From: Bdellovibrionales bacterium
GTDB taxonomy: Bacteria; Bdellovibrionota; Bdellovibrionia; Bdellovibrionales; UBA1609
Length of the DNA stretch: 47,372 nucleotides
Reading direction: 5' to 3'
Assembly (NCBI GenBank): GCA_022842925.1
Contig: JALHOQ010000004.1
Span: forward strand, 1 to 47,372
Shown: positions 18,401-26,564 of the stretch, piece by piece
Layout of the letters: every line of letters starts with the position of its first letter
Numbering within the stretch: the stretch's first letter is position 1
Notes under the pieces: model-generated
The model's database searches: none
What the model was told of the DNA's origin: nothing
The model's input: only the letters and a program-made list of their open reading frames with translations
Program-made: the position numbers and the translations under genes

Positions 18401-20032
18401 CACTTCGCGACCCAGTACAATGGTGGTAAGCGCACCCTTTTGGAGCTGCAGCTGTGGCAGAAGATCGGCGGATTTGTAATCGGCGATCAAGACGTGAAGA
18501 GTTTCTTAAAAGAACTGAACGAGTTCGAAAAAGAAGTGATTCCGATTGAGCAAACCTTGCACGCGGCCGCGATGCGCGCAGCATTCTTAAAGTTCGTGCA
18601 AAAGGGCGCGGAAGACGCCGATGTGGCGCGATTTCTAAGGAAGGGCGCGATCGTCGACCCGATGGATCCCCGACTGAATAACTCGGGCGCCATAAAAGGC
18701 GCGGTAGGGGCCGTGGGTCACGCGGTCTTCGGCAACGGAAGCTCCTCGGATAAGATCGACAAGAAATTGTCGGTTTACTTTAAAGCGTATTTCACAAAAC
18801 TTTACGACGACTCGATGGACGCCTACTTCCGCAAGGCTTTAGGCCCTCAAGCCGAGGGCCTGAGTACCAAAGAGTTGAAGGTGCTCGCGATTCAGAAAGA
18901 AGTGGATCTTAAAGTATCCGACGAGGACGCGATTGAGCTAGTTAAGGAAGTTGAATCCCGTGGTGAGGTTGAGCAGTATGCATCTCAGACGGCGGAAGAC
19001 TTCTTCGGCGGCGCCTGGGAGCGCATCAAGCAGACGCATATGTTTAAAGTGCGAAAGGCGCTCGATCCGTCGCACAACTACTCACTTAATCGCTATAAAA
19101 CGGCCGAGATTCAGATGGATAATCCCGAGGCCATGGCTCGCGCGACTCGCCAATATCTGGTGTCGTTGGTGGTCGATAAGCCAATGGAATTGATTTTCCT
19201 TCTACTCTTTGTCGCGGCGGTGGATCAGGGCGTGAACAAGCCTCTCCATGATGCGGCTTTTAGCGAGAACTCGCTCTTCCATATGTCACGGATGGTGTTT
19301 TGGAATGGTTATTTCACGGGCATTATGATCGCGCTCTTGGCGGATGTTTGGATGAAAATTCAGATGGACGCGCGGCTTGATCAGACCGGCGGTTTTGATG
19401 ATGTGGCCGATCAGGCGGACGCGAAGAAAGGCTTCTTGGCCTATTATCGCAAGAGCTTCTTCGCTAAAGACAATACTTGGTGGAGTAACCAGAAGTATGA
19501 AGTGAAGTTATCGCTGGCGAATATGCCGGCTTATTTCCTCACGGCATTGGTGACCAACTTGGCCTTCCTAGGGAGATTCGATTTAGACTCCTTCGTTACC
19601 GTGTATAAATCCATCCTGCTTCCCACGGGCGGGTTGGCGTTTAAACTTGAAAACTCCTTCGAGAAGTCGACGGCGTATGTGCTGGGGCGTGTGCCAGTGA
19701 AGTTCCATGTCGATCCGCGAGTTCGTGAGTACCGGAACAAAGCGATTGGAAAGCTGCGCTTTAAGTACAACCTGGTCTATAAGGCCTATGAGAACACCGT
19801 TTCGTCACTGCTCGGAAACTTGTTTAACATCACAACCGAGAAGCTTGGGCCCCGTTCGTTTGTACGTCAGTTCTACGGAGGATACTTTCCGACAGAATTG
19901 TTGGTGAATAACGTTCTTCGCCCTGTCGGTCGCTTAGGCGGCGTCTTTGAGAAGGTTGCCGCAGGTTGTGAGTTGTTCCTTACGAATAATCACACCGATG
20001 CGGTGAAGATTGAACCCAAGAAACCAAATTAG
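15473..20032 (+). CDS. Very large exported/membrane protein of unknown function, 1519 aa
   Basis: Uninterrupted 4.5-kb ORF; signal peptide ending AFA; two clusters of hydrophobic helices; no recognised catalytic motif. Confidence 0.9.
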   Translation: MRRLISLTVSLALTFQSLLAIPAFAHDNSQPGVQTGVRGSPVASEHAKAWVHAVDPSSIWDTPTVDRAPGELEKLWVDALQKTNGNPLSRQVSDADKAAYFNMWIERLRHNAFAQGSADPESRYYSNHPLDVFQLLGQRVHVKNEQAVLDGIEAGKPILNLVDWQKLTLTILDQQKNPILRINPEGRDIRHLIPEDRVISQGRSFSTDSTTGATPGGLYTFELSAQGRTLHSFQNNVNSVAVIGQYLVFLEPSRALADHGVVNLSFIDLEYFESALGKTVLPVFRVPLEIGDLARQPDKLNLRYTPQGLEIGDKKISPEVFEFFSHLQQMPFNMMVSLTDPQTYKTSAPLVTELIETWNEAMEDQAKSMEAQFESAGISFDLMRKFQATQMEELKLRSQVGANTAGGPHENLTKAKDQLELEALASLDKIILENNGEEGVVDIGEYPTPLAQDAKTATAMRLQAAKALGERISLDVKAHTAKTKKFGVELVADAAFQTAMQNFNQTIAKQRKLSNRMTAFWSRLTVPQPLGAPKIQQALGMIAASVHHKDSQATEGLDRSALAREGIARLLANGKARIALPVLIGAGLAAIYPAEAGQFYYQAIEGVRTSMDAVLGWTSNWGYLTSEAWTKSWAWLNGQVLVSTYWVGNNFANLMTGLSALMGGLLLAAGGLHVVVNTTTFLKSMIKGGWKKYRQENLFWLSQAKRSFIQYINEDKKAFYESLARAEAKKRGLELQISGRADGPGFKGVFQDTALNDHTVLSKAELEHKPLEIELRSADGRYKVKGVLHARGDRHHPNYTDADIKARAWNLFDLTLADGHKLSRALEITEGDTDRLFSDENLEAGINVAVKSERGEMVARLQNLNWTANEKAELDGVMHSLEEADRKWAAKMERLADLPLIGRFFKKSDGEIRTLGKALGHFAIGYSSWTHSTRLFGKIWNPWFLVRNIAFRPRTWMTMMVYPNYFNRTVFGAKEGHFATQYNGGKRTLLELQLWQKIGGFVIGDQDVKSFLKELNEFEKEVIPIEQTLHAAAMRAAFLKFVQKGAEDADVARFLRKGAIVDPMDPRLNNSGAIKGAVGAVGHAVFGNGSSSDKIDKKLSVYFKAYFTKLYDDSMDAYFRKALGPQAEGLSTKELKVLAIQKEVDLKVSDEDAIELVKEVESRGEVEQYASQTAEDFFGGAWERIKQTHMFKVRKALDPSHNYSLNRYKTAEIQMDNPEAMARATRQYLVSLVVDKPMELIFLLLFVAAVDQGVNKPLHDAAFSENSLFHMSRMVFWNGYFTGIMIALLADVWMKIQMDARLDQTGGFDDVADQADAKKGFLAYYRKSFFAKDNTWWSNQKYEVKLSLANMPAYFLTALVTNLAFLGRFDLDSFVTVYKSILLPTGGLAFKLENSFEKSTAYVLGRVPVKFHVDPRVREYRNKAIGKLRFKYNLVYKAYENTVSSLLGNLFNITTEKLGPRSFVRQFYGGYFPTELLVNNVLRPVGRLGGVFEKVAAGCELFLTNNHTDAVKIEPKKPN

Positions 20033-20055
20033 CTTTTGATATTCGGCGTACCACC

Positions 20056-20169
20056 CTAGTGGTACGCCGAGAAAATGATGATCAATGTTGCAAATCCGAA
20101 AGCGACAAGGCCGAGTCTCACAACGAGCTTATGCACTGGGGTTTCTCCCGGTTTTTTAACCTGAATCAT
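20056..20169 (-). CDS. Possible 37-aa single-pass membrane protein
   Basis: MIQVKKPGETPVHKLVVRLGLVAFGFATLIIIFSAYH: basic N-terminus and one TM helix; weak RBS. Confidence 0.35.
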   Translation of the reverse strand: MIQVKKPGETPVHKLVVRLGLVAFGFATLIIIFSAYH

Positions 20170-20461
20170 TCTGCTTAACCGTCGGATGCTCCGCAAGAGT
20201 CCCTCAGTCCAGGCGAGTGGCGTTTGCTTCCCGCTTTTGAAAACCAGACGTCGGTCGAGTCTGACGTGAGGCGGTAAAAAATATTTTGCGGTTCGATCGG
20301 GCTGAAGCAATGTTTGCAGCAGCGCAGATTCAAGCGTTTTTCTTCAAAAGCTTTAAAATTCAACATAAAAACAAAAGTTATATATGTGTTATGCTGTCGT
20401 TCCTCATGATCATTTGGGCGGTGATTGACAAGAACCGCAAGGTGACCTGACACTTTAATGA

Positions 20462-22129
20462 GTGTTCAAGCGGATTGGTCCCAGTTTTTATTTGATTGGC
20501 CTTTTGTTGCTCCTTCTGCTCGCGCACAGTTGGCACGGACCCGATATTTGGTATCACTTGTTTTGGGGTCGCGATCTGATCGAAAATGGCAATTGGATAC
20601 CCGATCCCCCGGTGGTGTTGGCGCAGCCGATCCCGGCTAATCCGTATTGGATTTTCCAGTCCCTGCTTCATTTTACTCACTCCCTAGGCGGGATATATCT
20701 AATCAGCCTCTTTTTCGCCGCGCTCTGGGTTGCCATTGGGTGGCTGTGGTTGCGGATCAGTGAACTTTATAAAAACCCACTTGGCGCTTGGGTTTTCGCG
20801 GCGTTCGTAATTTGTATGCAGCTGCGTTTTGAACACCGACCCGAAATCCTCTCCTATTTTTTTATAACTCTTTTTATTTTTCTGGGACTGGGCCTACGCA
20901 ATGCCGGAAAGTGGAGCCTTAAGGTTCTCACCACTCTGGCCCTCCTCCAGGTTATTTGGGTGGGCTGTCACGGCTATTTTGTGTTCGGGCCTTTTTTGGT
21001 TGGATCAATGGCCTGGCGATGCGGTGCGAAGCTGACGAAAGCCGTTTTTTTAACCATGGGCTTTCTTCTGCTGACACTAATTTCACCGTTTGGCTATCGA
21101 GTTTGGGAGAGCGTCTATCTTTATGCGCAGCTCGGGCGGGGTACGGCGGAGTTCAATTCCGAATTGATGTCTCCGCCATTCCTTCTCTCTTTTTTTCCGA
21201 ATGCGGTTTTTTGGCTGATATGGGCGGCTGTTTTCGCGCTGACTCTTTTTTCGCTTAAGAAGCGCGACTGGGTGTCGGCCGTACTGGCGATGGCGGCGTT
21301 AGTTCTATCGGCTCAGGCGATTCGGAACATGCCATTGTTATTTCTGCTTACACCGCTTCTTTGGCGCCACCTCCCAGCTGGAAAAAGGTGGCTTAATTAT
21401 GCGCGACCGGCTGGGGCGGCATTGGCCGCGGTTGTTCTTTTCCTCTCGGGCAGTGTGGTGTCCGGACACTATCATCGCTGGGTCAACAGCCTTTCGACGT
21501 TCGGGGTTAAGCTAGAATGGGCCTCGTATCCGATCGGTGCGGTCGAGTTTCTTAAAAGTTCCGGATTTAAAGGAACATTGTTCTGTGATTCCTACGACGG
21601 TGGATACATCGAATATCATCTCGATGGAGTGCGGATCGCGGGAGACTCGTATTTCGCCGATAGCGAAGTGACAAAACGGTTTTTCGCGTCGATCCGCTCG
21701 CCTGAACATTTGGCCCATCTCGATTCTCAGGTCCGTTTCGATGGATTCTTAATCAACATTGAGAATCTAGATATTATGGACATGCTTTTATCTCAGCCCA
21801 GTCTAGTGGTGGTTTACGCTGACTCCCACCGTGCGGTCTTTTTAAAAAAGGAGCGGGCGCCCGCGGGAGCTGTGGGAGACCTTTCGGTTTTTCGCTATTA
21901 CCATGGCGAGGATCTGCGCCATTGGGCCTATGCCTTTGGTGTCGTGTCATGGACGGGCCTTGCGGCCAAGCGACAAAATGTGAGCCTGATTAAGAAAATT
22001 CTTACAGATATCGGCGGGGCTCAGCATGTGCCCGAGGATTTGTTTCGGATTGCCCTTAAGTTCGCGATTGACCGTCGTGATGACGAGGTGGTCCGAATGC
22101 TCGCCGCGATCAAAGACCGAACCTTATGA
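20462..22129 (+). CDS. Polytopic membrane protein, probable GT-C-fold glycosyltransferase-like
   Basis: About 12 TM segments; PDIWYHLFWGR after TM1, RPE, W..CHG.F, and a periplasmic domain YPIGAVEFLK...YDGGYI. Confidence 0.65.
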   Translation: MFKRIGPSFYLIGLLLLLLLAHSWHGPDIWYHLFWGRDLIENGNWIPDPPVVLAQPIPANPYWIFQSLLHFTHSLGGIYLISLFFAALWVAIGWLWLRISELYKNPLGAWVFAAFVICMQLRFEHRPEILSYFFITLFIFLGLGLRNAGKWSLKVLTTLALLQVIWVGCHGYFVFGPFLVGSMAWRCGAKLTKAVFLTMGFLLLTLISPFGYRVWESVYLYAQLGRGTAEFNSELMSPPFLLSFFPNAVFWLIWAAVFALTLFSLKKRDWVSAVLAMAALVLSAQAIRNMPLLFLLTPLLWRHLPAGKRWLNYARPAGAALAAVVLFLSGSVVSGHYHRWVNSLSTFGVKLEWASYPIGAVEFLKSSGFKGTLFCDSYDGGYIEYHLDGVRIAGDSYFADSEVTKRFFASIRSPEHLAHLDSQVRFDGFLINIENLDIMDMLLSQPSLVVVYADSHRAVFLKKERAPAGAVGDLSVFRYYHGEDLRHWAYAFGVVSWTGLAAKRQNVSLIKKILTDIGGAQHVPEDLFRIALKFAIDRRDDEVVRMLAAIKDRTL

Positions 22130-22150
22130 ATTTTCCATGGGAGGAAAATT

Positions 22151-23089
22151 TTGAAGACATTGAACGTCTGCTTGTTGCTGTCTGCCGCCTTGCTTACCGG
22201 CTGTGCCACCACGGCGATTGACCCTCAGCTCTGCGGCGCAGCCGATTGGGAAAAAGTGGGTTGGGTCGACGGCCGCGAGGGCCGGCCGCTGAGCTATAAG
22301 CAGGAGCACACGCGTTCTTGTAAGGGGCGTGAGCCGCTTGATCCAATTGGCTATGATCGCGGCTGGGAGAAGGGTCAACTCGAATATTGCACGGTCGCCA
22401 ACGCCCATGAAGTGGGGTTGTGGGGGCGGCCCTTCAATTCCATTTGTCCTAAAGAACGGGAGAAGGAACTCTTAGAAGCCCATTCCCAAGGCGCGGCCTT
22501 GTTACGAAAGCGCTCTGAACTGCAGGAGATGGAAAAGAAAATCGCCGAGGAAAAGGAGCGTCGAGACAAGGACGAGTCCGTGGTGAATCATATTTCCCAG
22601 GCTTATCATCTCTTGGCTGGCACAAGTCCGACCCAAGGTATGGAGAATCAGGCAGCGCAGATGCGGGAGGATATGAACCGGCTTGAAGCCGGGGCGCCTC
22701 CGCGAATCTCCACCCCGGCATTCGAGCAAGGGATGCGGCAGGCCTATGACACTTTTGGAGCAGTGGTGGGCCTGGTCGCAGGCTTTGGCTCCGGTCACGC
22801 CATTCAGGGTCGCTACAAAACCGATGGTTGGAAGTGGACGGTGGGAGAGGCGGCCATGATCGGTTCCATGATCGTGGTCAGTCGCAGTGAGTGCCCGGTC
22901 AATGAGCGACCGTCGGGGGATATCAACGCCGAGCCCGCGCGGTGCGCGAGCTCTTGGCCGATGGTCACAATGCTCGCGTGGTTGGGCTTTCGGGTGTGGC
23001 AGACAGTGGACCTTTTTGGGCACGATGGGTCCTCGCGCTACGCCGTTGGTGTCTCGCCTCAGGGTTTGCAGGTCGTTTATAATTTCTGA
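22151..23089 (+). CDS. DUF2799-like lipoprotein with a coiled coil and hydrophobic C-terminal domain
   Basis: TTG start with GGGAGG RBS; lipobox LTGC; C...DW...GWVDG..G and GW..G...YC patterns. Confidence 0.75.
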   Translation: MKTLNVCLLLSAALLTGCATTAIDPQLCGAADWEKVGWVDGREGRPLSYKQEHTRSCKGREPLDPIGYDRGWEKGQLEYCTVANAHEVGLWGRPFNSICPKEREKELLEAHSQGAALLRKRSELQEMEKKIAEEKERRDKDESVVNHISQAYHLLAGTSPTQGMENQAAQMREDMNRLEAGAPPRISTPAFEQGMRQAYDTFGAVVGLVAGFGSGHAIQGRYKTDGWKWTVGEAAMIGSMIVVSRSECPVNERPSGDINAEPARCASSWPMVTMLAWLGFRVWQTVDLFGHDGSSRYAVGVSPQGLQVVYNF

Positions 23090-23112
23090 GATTTTCGACG
23101 CGGCATTCCCTA

Positions 23113-23142
23113 TTGACAGCGTTTCGGCCCCCCGCGTATTTA
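23113..23142 (+). promoter_or_regulatory. Sigma70-type promoter for tRNA-Leu
   Basis: TTGACA-N18-TATTTA about 50 nt upstream of the tRNA. Confidence 0.55.
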
Positions 23143-23194
23143 TAGGGTCGCTTTGGAAGCCTCAACCAAGCGATGCCCACGTTTTTTTAGGAAT

Positions 23195-23281
23195 CCCCAG
23201 GTGGCGAAATTGGTAAACGCACCAGCTTGAGGGGCTGGCGCCCGCAAGGGTTTGCTGGTTCAAGTCCAGTCCTGGGGACCA
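23195..23281 (+). tRNA. tRNA-Leu (anticodon GAG)
   Basis: Acceptor stem CCCCAGG/CCTGGGG, discriminator A, encoded CCA; anticodon arm CCAGC-TTGAGGG-GCTGG; long variable arm CCC-GCAA-GGG; T-loop TTCAAGT. Confidence 0.97.
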
Positions 23282-23285
23282 CTTC

Positions 23286-23312
23286 GAAAGGCCGACCTCT
23301 GGTCGGCTTTCT
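23286..23312 (+). terminator. Intrinsic terminator after tRNA-Leu
   Basis: AAGGCCGACC-TCT-GGTCGGCTTT hairpin directly after the CCA. Confidence 0.75.
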
Positions 23313-23526
23313 GCCTCTCCAGCTTTCTCCATTCTGTTGTGTGGGCCTGCTACTGCAGGCTGTTCGCTGAGCATGCGCTGGCTCACTTTGCTTGGCGAGC
23401 TGCCTGCGGCGCTCGAGAAGAGCCGTAGGGCCAGTCGACTTTTGACCAGCTTAAGATAACGGCAATTTTAGGTTCTTCTGCACAATATGGACTCTATCGT
23501 CCAGTGGATCATTCCGATCCATATAT

Positions 23527-24474
23527 ATGATGATGGTCCTAACTCACATAATCAAATGTTGTTTATTTGTAACGGTGCTGTGGGCGATCACCGGATGTTC
23601 TAAACCTTCGTCCGACGGATTCTTCTATGGGGCGTTCGATAATAAACCAAAGTTAATTATTTCGTCTAGTTCTGCGATCGCGACGTCGCCCTACATCGTG
23701 GCCCAGTATTCGATTGAGGGTGTGTTCGAAAAAGTTCTCTACGACTCGACCTTTGAGAACGTAGTGCCCAGGAGTATGGTTGCCATTGATCCGTTCACGT
23801 TCTTGATTGCGACTGAGACGACCGATAGCATTTTGCGTTTCAGTTTATTCGATGGCGTGTCTACATTTGTCTCGAACTCCAACTTTACGGGAAATATTTT
23901 TGAAGGAGCCCGTACAAGCAATGGCGACATTTTCGTCATTGAAGGCAACACGGTCGAGAGTTTCGACGCTTCGGGCGCTCGACTAGGTAACCCTCGTATC
24001 GGGACGACAATTGGCGGCTGCGTACTCAACGTCGCGCGCGGCATGGCTGTAACGGCCTCGGGTCTTCTGGTGGTGGGTAGCCAGGGCAATGATGATATTC
24101 AGTTTTATAATGTGTCCAATCCGGCGGCCACCGCCTGCTCGGTATCCAATCAAAGTTTGGGTAACGTGGACCCGGTGTCGATCGTCGCGCACAGCGATGG
24201 CGGTATTTATGTGGCGCACTCGGGTGGTACGGACGCCGTTTTGCGCTTCAATGCCGATGGGTCGGGCAGCAGCACATCCATTTACAGCAATCTTACAGCC
24301 CTTAACAACCCCACGGCGATGGTTGAACTTCCGGATGGAACTTTGTTGGTGGCCTCCGATGGCACCAACAACATCATTCGCATCGATACGGCGGGCAACC
24401 TACTCAACAATCCCTTTATTCAGGATGGATTTACCGCTTTCGTCCAATCCATGATTGTTTTGGAGACGCCCTGA
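23527..24474 (+). CDS. Lipoprotein with NHL-like beta-propeller repeats
   Basis: Lipobox ITGC; repeated blades PRSMVA, ARGMAV, PVSIVA, PTAMVE...DGTLLVA. Confidence 0.8.
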   Translation: MMMVLTHIIKCCLFVTVLWAITGCSKPSSDGFFYGAFDNKPKLIISSSSAIATSPYIVAQYSIEGVFEKVLYDSTFENVVPRSMVAIDPFTFLIATETTDSILRFSLFDGVSTFVSNSNFTGNIFEGARTSNGDIFVIEGNTVESFDASGARLGNPRIGTTIGGCVLNVARGMAVTASGLLVVGSQGNDDIQFYNVSNPAATACSVSNQSLGNVDPVSIVAHSDGGIYVAHSGGTDAVLRFNADGSGSSTSIYSNLTALNNPTAMVELPDGTLLVASDGTNNIIRIDTAGNLLNNPFIQDGFTAFVQSMIVLETP

Positions 24475-25097
24475 TGTTCAGAATCTCCCTTTTCATCTTG
24501 GGATCAATGGTGCTCGGCGGGTTGCCCGCCTGGGCCAAGCTCGATTCCAGTGGGGTGAAAATGGAGCTGTCCATTGGGCAACCCTCGCTCTCGATCGAAA
24601 ACCCCGACGGAACTAAAGCCGGCTATTCTGGATTGTCGGCGATGGGAAGGGGCTTTTTGCCCGTCTTCGGCGGCTCTGGATTTCGCGCGGACTTAACCGG
24701 GACAATTAAGTATTTAGACCTAAGCAACACGGCCAATGGCGAACAGAAGGAGTACGCGCAGTATCTTGGGCCTGGACTGGGATTTCAGCTGACGGTGTCG
24801 CGCTTTTTTATAGGCGCCGATTACCTGTACTTAAAAGGGCGTCACTCGGCCGTGGGACCATTTGTGAATCACCGAGAATTTGATATTTCCGGAGTGGACA
24901 TTTACGCGGGCGTTCGTATTGAGTTTGGAACCGGGTCCCTCGGCTTTGCTTGGAGTCAAATGAGCTCCTCGGTTCCGGCGTCTTCGACCAACCTTTCAAC
25001 TGATTCGCCGTGGAAAGACCAGGTTTACTGGCTGCAGTTCAGTTACAGCTTCAAAACTACACCTGGAAATCTGGTTAAATCACTGTTTGGCAAGTAA
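24474..25097 (+). CDS. Small outer-membrane beta-barrel protein
   Basis: Signal peptide ending AWA; alternating amphipathic strands (GLGFQL, FIGADY, YAGVRIEF, YWLQFSYSF); start overlaps the upstream stop (TGATG). Confidence 0.75.
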   Translation: MFRISLFILGSMVLGGLPAWAKLDSSGVKMELSIGQPSLSIENPDGTKAGYSGLSAMGRGFLPVFGGSGFRADLTGTIKYLDLSNTANGEQKEYAQYLGPGLGFQLTVSRFFIGADYLYLKGRHSAVGPFVNHREFDISGVDIYAGVRIEFGTGSLGFAWSQMSSSVPASSTNLSTDSPWKDQVYWLQFSYSFKTTPGNLVKSLFGK

Positions 25098-25112
25098 AGC
25101 GCAGAACTTTTT

Positions 25113-26363
25113 CTAAAAAGAAAAAGTCTGAAGGACCAGATCAAGACCCTCGTCTTTAAAGTTATAGCCCAAGTGCATGAACCCAATCGTGACGGCAATC
25201 ATCGGCCGGTTGTGGATGTATCCAGTCGAAATGCCAATTTCGGAAATGAAATCATAAAATGCATAAACGGATCCGCGGGCGTCCAGTCGGTCGCGAAAGT
25301 GATTGCTTAAAAGCAAACCTTCGACCGCAACTCCAATCTGCGGCGTCCAGCGCTTGGTCATGCCCAAGCCACCACCGGCGTCGAAGCTTTCGCCGACAAC
25401 TTTGATATTCATATATTCATTTCCGTTGCGGCTGTAGACGAGTTCCTTTCGGGTCATACCTAAAGTGAAAATATCAACGTTGAGGTCACGCTTCGAGGAT
25501 TCAAAGAGGCTGCGACGGACCCGGAATCCGTAGAAGGAGCCAAGGTCACCACCCATGTAAGAGGCGCCTAGAGCTGTATTACCCCACGAATAGTAACCAG
25601 CGGCCCCCGCATTGAAGCCAGCCAAAGTTCCATAGGAGAACCCCGGCAACACGATAAACCCTTCGCGTTCATTCCCGCCGGGGCGAAAGAACGCATTGTG
25701 AGGATATTTTGCGATTTTTTCGACTCGTTTCGGAAGTGAGAGAGGCGCGCCAGTTTTGATGAAATTTTCCGCGTTCTGGCGCAGAACGCTTAGGACTTTT
25801 TTACTATCGGTCCAACGCCTCATATCGTCGTCGGTACCTGGACCGTTTCCGAGCCAATAGAGATCCGGTTCGTAGGCTGCGGACTCACGTAAAAATAGAT
25901 CAGCGGCAGCTTTAGCTTCTCCCTCTCTTTTCAGTTCCAAAAGTGCAGCCGCCCTGAAATAATTCTGTGCGGAAACTCGCCCGATGCTTTCGCAAATTTG
26001 CTCCGCTTCGCGGAGTGCCTCCAGTGCCGCTTCATATTTTTCAGCATGCAGCATTTCTTCGGCCCTAAATTGTGCGGACTTAGCCTTGTGCATCGTAGTT
26101 AAGCCGCAATTTGGCAGTTTAAAACTTTCTTGTAAATCGAAAGGCGATTTCAGGGCGCGCAAACGTTCACTTGCCACCTTTTCATCCGTGATTAGCTGAC
26201 CACTTTGATCCCGAACCGCCTGTTCAGGGGAGGACAGAAGAACGACTTTTTGCCCGTTTATTTGAGCTCTATATAGGCCGTCGGCGTCCCGGTAGATCGA
26301 GTGATTGTCCAGTGTCGCACATCCAGTTAGGAGTAGGCTGGTCAGCAGAAAGTAGCGGTTCAT
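25113..26363 (-). CDS. Lipoprotein with TPR-like helices and a C-terminal beta-barrel-like domain
   Basis: ATG 26363 with AAAGGA RBS, lipobox LTGC; helical middle region; Gly/aromatic-rich strands ending LVLQTFSF. Confidence 0.72.
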   Translation of the reverse strand: MNRYFLLTSLLLTGCATLDNHSIYRDADGLYRAQINGQKVVLLSSPEQAVRDQSGQLITDEKVASERLRALKSPFDLQESFKLPNCGLTTMHKAKSAQFRAEEMLHAEKYEAALEALREAEQICESIGRVSAQNYFRAAALLELKREGEAKAAADLFLRESAAYEPDLYWLGNGPGTDDDMRRWTDSKKVLSVLRQNAENFIKTGAPLSLPKRVEKIAKYPHNAFFRPGGNEREGFIVLPGFSYGTLAGFNAGAAGYYSWGNTALGASYMGGDLGSFYGFRVRRSLFESSKRDLNVDIFTLGMTRKELVYSRNGNEYMNIKVVGESFDAGGGLGMTKRWTPQIGVAVEGLLLSNHFRDRLDARGSVYAFYDFISEIGISTGYIHNRPMIAVTIGFMHLGYNFKDEGLDLVLQTFSF

Positions 26364-26501
26364 GTGAGATCCTTTCGTGATCGCAGGCGGGGTTAGATCA
26401 ATTCCCGTGCCTTGCGGAAAGCCGGTCAAAGCCATGGTATTCATCGCTGATGATCGGGAAGTCTTATAAAGTGGACTGATATCCGAAATTCGGATCGGGT
26501 G

Positions 26502-26517
26502 TGGCATGGAAGTGGCT
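26502..26517 (+). promoter_or_regulatory. Putative sigma54 (-24/-12) promoter
   Basis: TGGCATGGAAGTGGCT has exact GG-N10-GC spacing, about 48 nt upstream of ATG 26565. Confidence 0.5.
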
Positions 26518-26564
26518 ATATGGAGGGTGTTCTTGAGCCTAAAGGCGAAATAAAGGGAGTTTGC

